NCBI GenBank assembly: GCA_001643675.2 | Contig: LSRY02000056.1 | Span: forward strand, 310,001 to 374,000 | DNA: 64,000 nucleotides | Direction of reading: 5' to 3' | Origin: Monocercomonoides exilis PA203 | Lineage: Eukaryota; Protista; Preaxostyla | In this document: piece by piece, positions 60,101-64,000 of the stretch | Layout: every line of letters begins with the position of its first letter | Position numbering within the stretch: position 1 is the first letter of the stretch | The notes under the pieces: model-generated | Seen by the model: only the letters and a program-made list of their open reading frames with translations | Database searches by the model: none | Told to the model about the DNA's origin: nothing | Position numbers and translations under genes: made by a program

Positions 60101-62433
60101 CAGATGAAGCAGACGAAATAGCAGAAGCAGAAGCAGAAGCAGATGCAGATGTCTCGTTAGCATCCTCATAATTGACCGAAGAGAAAGTGGAGTTTAGTGT
60201 TTGTGTGAGCGACTTGGAGAACGAAGCGAAGGAGTCTGTGAGGCGATGGTGCGATGCTTTGTTTCTGCTTGTCCGGCTGCTGTCTCCATTGAGATTGAAT
60301 CGCTTGTTGACTTCATAGTCAGTTGCCTCAGTTTCATTGGAATTCTCACTTGGAACAGGAGTGCTGCATTCAGTGATGATGTCACCAGCCGGTGTGTGCT
60401 GCTGAAGAAGAGGAAGAGACGATTCAGAAAGCGACTTGATCAGAAGAACTGGCGTTGGATCGTCAAGCTCCTGTTCTTCATCAGCAGGCTCATTTTCTTT
60501 CTCTTCGACATTCTCATCCGAGTTTCCGATCACTTCATCATCATCTTCTTTCTTTCTAAGCATTTGGCTCCTCTTCACTTCCAGCAGGTCTGCCGCAGCA
60601 GCCGTGTTGATCAGAATTTCTCTGCAGAAAAGCGAGCTGTGTGCGACTGCTGCAGCGACCGTCGGCGGCAGAAAGGGAAGAAGACAGCAGAGCGACAAAT
60701 ACAAGTTGGACGACAGGAGATGAGTCCCGCTCTGTCCACACTGCAGGCAGCCACCTGCACGCGTGTAGGGAACAAGCGCTGTGGAAGAATCGTCTTCTTC
60801 GCTACTTTCGTGATTTCTATTGCAGTCATCTGGATATGCATCTTGAGTATCTGAGTAGTTATTAGACTTTTCGCTTTCCTCTTTGCTGTTCTGTTCTCTG
60901 CCTTCTTCGCTGTCAGAATGTGAAGAAACAGAAGGAAAATGCTGAGCAGCATTTGGGAAAAGCATCGAATCGACCGAGTCAAACGAAGAAAGAGTGGGCG
61001 GGAGGCTCATCGGACGATACTTCGATGTGAAGAACTCGTTGAACTGGATGGCGGAGAAGAAAGACGGCGAATGAGAGGAACAAGGCGAGTGAGTGTTGAG
61101 CAGCGGCGACACAAACCGACTTGAAATCGACTGCTCTGGTGTTTCTGAATGGGGCAGACGGAGCGGATCGTGTTCGGTGCAGCTGAGGACGCTGTTTGGA
61201 GTGAATGTGGAAGGATGAGAAAGCAGATGGAGAGCTTTGCTGAGCGGAGACAGAGAAGAAGTCGGCGGAGAAGAAGCGCAGACGACTGGAAACAAATGCG
61301 ATGAAATTTTGGTAGAAGAAGAAGCAAAAGAAGATTGTGATGCGTCTGTGGTTACCGCTGATATGCTGTCTTGCTCTGATGAAGAGGAAGAAGATGTTAG
61401 CTTTGATTTTAGATTCTCATTAAGTTCGCCTTCTTGACGTGAATTATGCGACATTTCAAGCTCTTCGTTTAAGAAAGAAGATTTCGAATACAATCCATTC
61501 TGAGGCAAAAGTGAGTGTGCTGTGTTCATCAATGAAGGGATACAGAATGGCGAAGCAACAGGAGGGAGAGAAGGCAAAGCAGAAGACAGTGATCCTGTTA
61601 GAAAGCTATTACCAAGAAAATCTTTGTCTAATGAGGGCGAAGCGCTTGCATGAGATGCTGGGTTTGCAGTCTGTGCTGATTGAATCAAGTTAGCTGTGGA
61701 CGGAGATGATATAAGATTTGTAAGAGTTCGATTTGGTGATCCTTCTCGGAGGATACAATTTAGAGCTTGTTGTTGGCACTCATCATCAGAAAACAGAATA
61801 AGATCATCTATTGAATTGCTTAATAAAAAAGAGTTCTGCCTAAAAAAAATCGAAAAAATGTTAATTTTTTCCCAAATATTCAAATTGCAATTTCAAAAAA
61901 AAAAATGAACCCCATGCAACGGCAAGCAATATAGTAAAGGCAATCAATTATTTTCACAAAAGAAATTCCTGCAATCAATTCATCGTATTTACATTGCAGT
62001 TCCTGTGGAAGTCCTTACGAATTATTCAAAGTTATAATAATATTTAAAATTCAAGCAAACCAAAGAGACAATTAGATAAGCGCGTAAATTCGCGAAATAT
62101 GCATTCGCTTGTCATTTCACAATCGAGTGGTTTATATTCATCCGGTTGTTGAAATTCTAGCGAACGCAGAAAATTCACTACTGGAATGAGAAGAAAGCAG
62201 TCTTGGATTTTTGACAGAAACTGCTCTGGCTTAATTGCCTGTGAACTCAATTTCATTACCCATTTATAAACGGAAGCTTCTCTCCCAATAAACAAATGCA
62301 TTAGAAGATCCTTTTGAAAAATAAAGAAAGTAAATGCATTTGATAAAAATTACAGATATTTTGAGCAAACTACATCTTGCTGCTCAGCATCTTCAAAGAA
62401 GTTGCCCTCATCAATAAAATTGAGTTCATTCAT
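57117..62433 (-). CDS. Calponin-homology (CH)-like domain protein with long disordered/acidic region and one C-proximal TM helix; exons 62433-62371, 62310-62061, 62013-61911, 61839-57117
   Basis: Three short GT..AG introns join the small upstream ORFs in frame to the 1588-aa ORF. Spliced N-terminus EASVYKWVMKLSSQAIKPEQFLSKIQDCFLLIPVVNFL..IFREFTRLSNCLFGLPQELQCKYDELIAGISFVKIIDCLYYIA fits the calponin/IQGAP-type CH pattern. TM ILCITLPLLALFLVILFGVGGFILGVSV at ~57770-57855. Confidence 0.75.
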
Positions 62434-62654
62434 TGATATTTCAGCACTTAAAGTGAAAGGTTCGTAGAATATGCGAAATGTTTCTCCCAAATACTCAATG
62501 ATGATTCGACTGTAAACATTTATTTGAATTTCCACAAATAATGTTTCATCTTAATCTGTGCAAAGTTATATACGAGAAAATGTTCAAAATAGCATTGTTA
62601 TGCATTAAAAAAGGCATTTGTTATTTATTGATCGTATTCCACAATAAAATATAT

Positions 62655-64000
62655 ATGGAAGAAAAGATTGAGCAATTCGTCTCTGTAACGGGGCATTCAC
62701 CAAGTGAAGCCCGAGCGTATATTAACGCTGCAAATGGAGATGTCGAGGTCTGTAAATTTTATTTATTATTTTCTTTATAATCATTATTTTTTGCTCTTAA
62801 AGGAAGCCATATTACTCGCCTTGGATGCAGGCACTTCACAGGATAGACCGCCATCGAGCACGTCCTTAAGCAGTAACGAGTCATCGATGTATTTTCTTTG
62901 CTATTTAACAAATTAAAGTGCTGGTTTTAAAAAATTTTTTTGTTATCAATTTTTGAGAAATTCGAGGCATAAATCAAGTAATGATCGTTCAAAACCTCAA
63001 AGTCGCTCTTCAATTCCAGCTGCTTCTCCAAGGCAAAGGTTTATTTATTTATTTAGCTGTTATTTAAACTTTTTTCAATTGCTTTTCTATTTCATAATTT
63101 TTGACAAAGAAACAAATCCATTCCTCACATTTACCCAACAAAACATACCCCAAAACAACCAACATCAGTGTATTTAACTATCTTCAATAACGGTTTTTCT
63201 ATCAACAATGGAGCTTTTTATTCAACCAATGATCCAGAAACAGGAAAATATCTAACAATTATTTCAAACGGGTTTAATAAATCTATATAATCATTGTTAG
63301 TACTTTCATATATTTTTAATTTAATTTTTTAGGCATATGCCAAAGGAATTGCTTCCGTCAGATCATGTTGGAGACGTGTCGCTTGTTGTGTTGGATAAAC
63401 GATCAGTCACATATTCACCTATTCTTTCCAACATTTCACAACAATCTCCTTCCTCATTTTCATCATCACCTCCAATTACAAGTTCTTCATCAATTCCAGA
63501 GCATTCTTCTTTGCCTTCTTCCCCAACTCCTACTTCATCATCATCATCTTCTTCTTCTTCTTCAACTTCTTTTCCAGTTCACGCAGTCAATTTGTCATTT
63601 CCAGAAACATCTTCTCCTCTTTCACTTCACCCTGCAAGCCCATCAGAACTTCATTCTCAAAAAAATCACGATTCAATTTCTTCTTCTCCGTCAATTTCTT
63701 CAGAAAAACAGTCTGATCATTCTCCTTCACAAGTTTCTTCCCCATCACTTGTCAATAGCATAACTGTGCAATGTCGTTTCGAAGAAGGGCAGGTTCAAAG
63801 ATTTGAATTTAACGAAGAAAGTACCCTTAAAGATTTAGAAAGAAAGGCAAAGTTTGTGATTTTCATTAGATTTAAAAGTTTACTGATTTTTTATCTTTAG
63901 ACAATTTCTTCAAGTTCAGTCTGTTGAATTAACACAGCCTTTCCCAAGGAAAATTTATCAACCAGAGGATATGGATAAGACATTAATTGAATTAAACTTA
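62655..64000 (+). CDS. p47/Shp1/NSFL1C-type Cdc48(p97) cofactor with UBA-like, SEP and UBX domains; multi-exon, 3'-partial
   Basis: UBA-like MEEKIEQFVSVTGHSPSEARAYINAANGDVE|EAI; SEP-like ILTIFNNGFSINNGAFYSTNDPETGKYLTIISNG|HMPKELL; UBX-like ITVQCRFEEGQVQRFEFNEESTLKDL..LTQPFPRKIY. Confidence 0.82.

Noticed and set aside
1-64000. Alternative genetic code (TAR = Gln) as in some oxymonads
   Set aside because: Multi-kilobase ORFs contain no in-frame TAA/TAG, Gln runs use CAA/CAG, and genes end in TAA (21983, 57117).

Overview
AT-rich, intron-containing eukaryotic (protist) DNA in the standard genetic code. Gene style, Ser/Glu-rich insertions and the paralogue families suggest an oxymonad such as Monocercomonoides; this is recognition, not a database result. 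About 10 protein genes: a giant poly(A) polymerase running off the left edge, two receptor-like beta-helix/TM/pseudokinase paralogues, an LRR-PH protein, CEP41, a secreted Gly/Cys-rich repeat protein, an 11-exon PIG-A, a CCDC57-like coiled-coil protein, a calponin-homology protein with a C-proximal TM helix, and a p47/Shp1-type UBX protein running off the right edge. The most striking structure is a 4.06-kb non-coding region (38530-42590) of nested near-perfect palindromes. It resolves into two TA-flanked foldback elements whose 370-bp spacer is triplicated in alternating orientation, equivalent to about 1.8 turns around a 2.2-kb dumbbell template. A separate pair of ~260-bp TA-flanked MITEs lies at 9.4 and 11.0 kb. 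No rRNA, tRNA or CRISPR features were recognised. Exon boundaries were read by eye.
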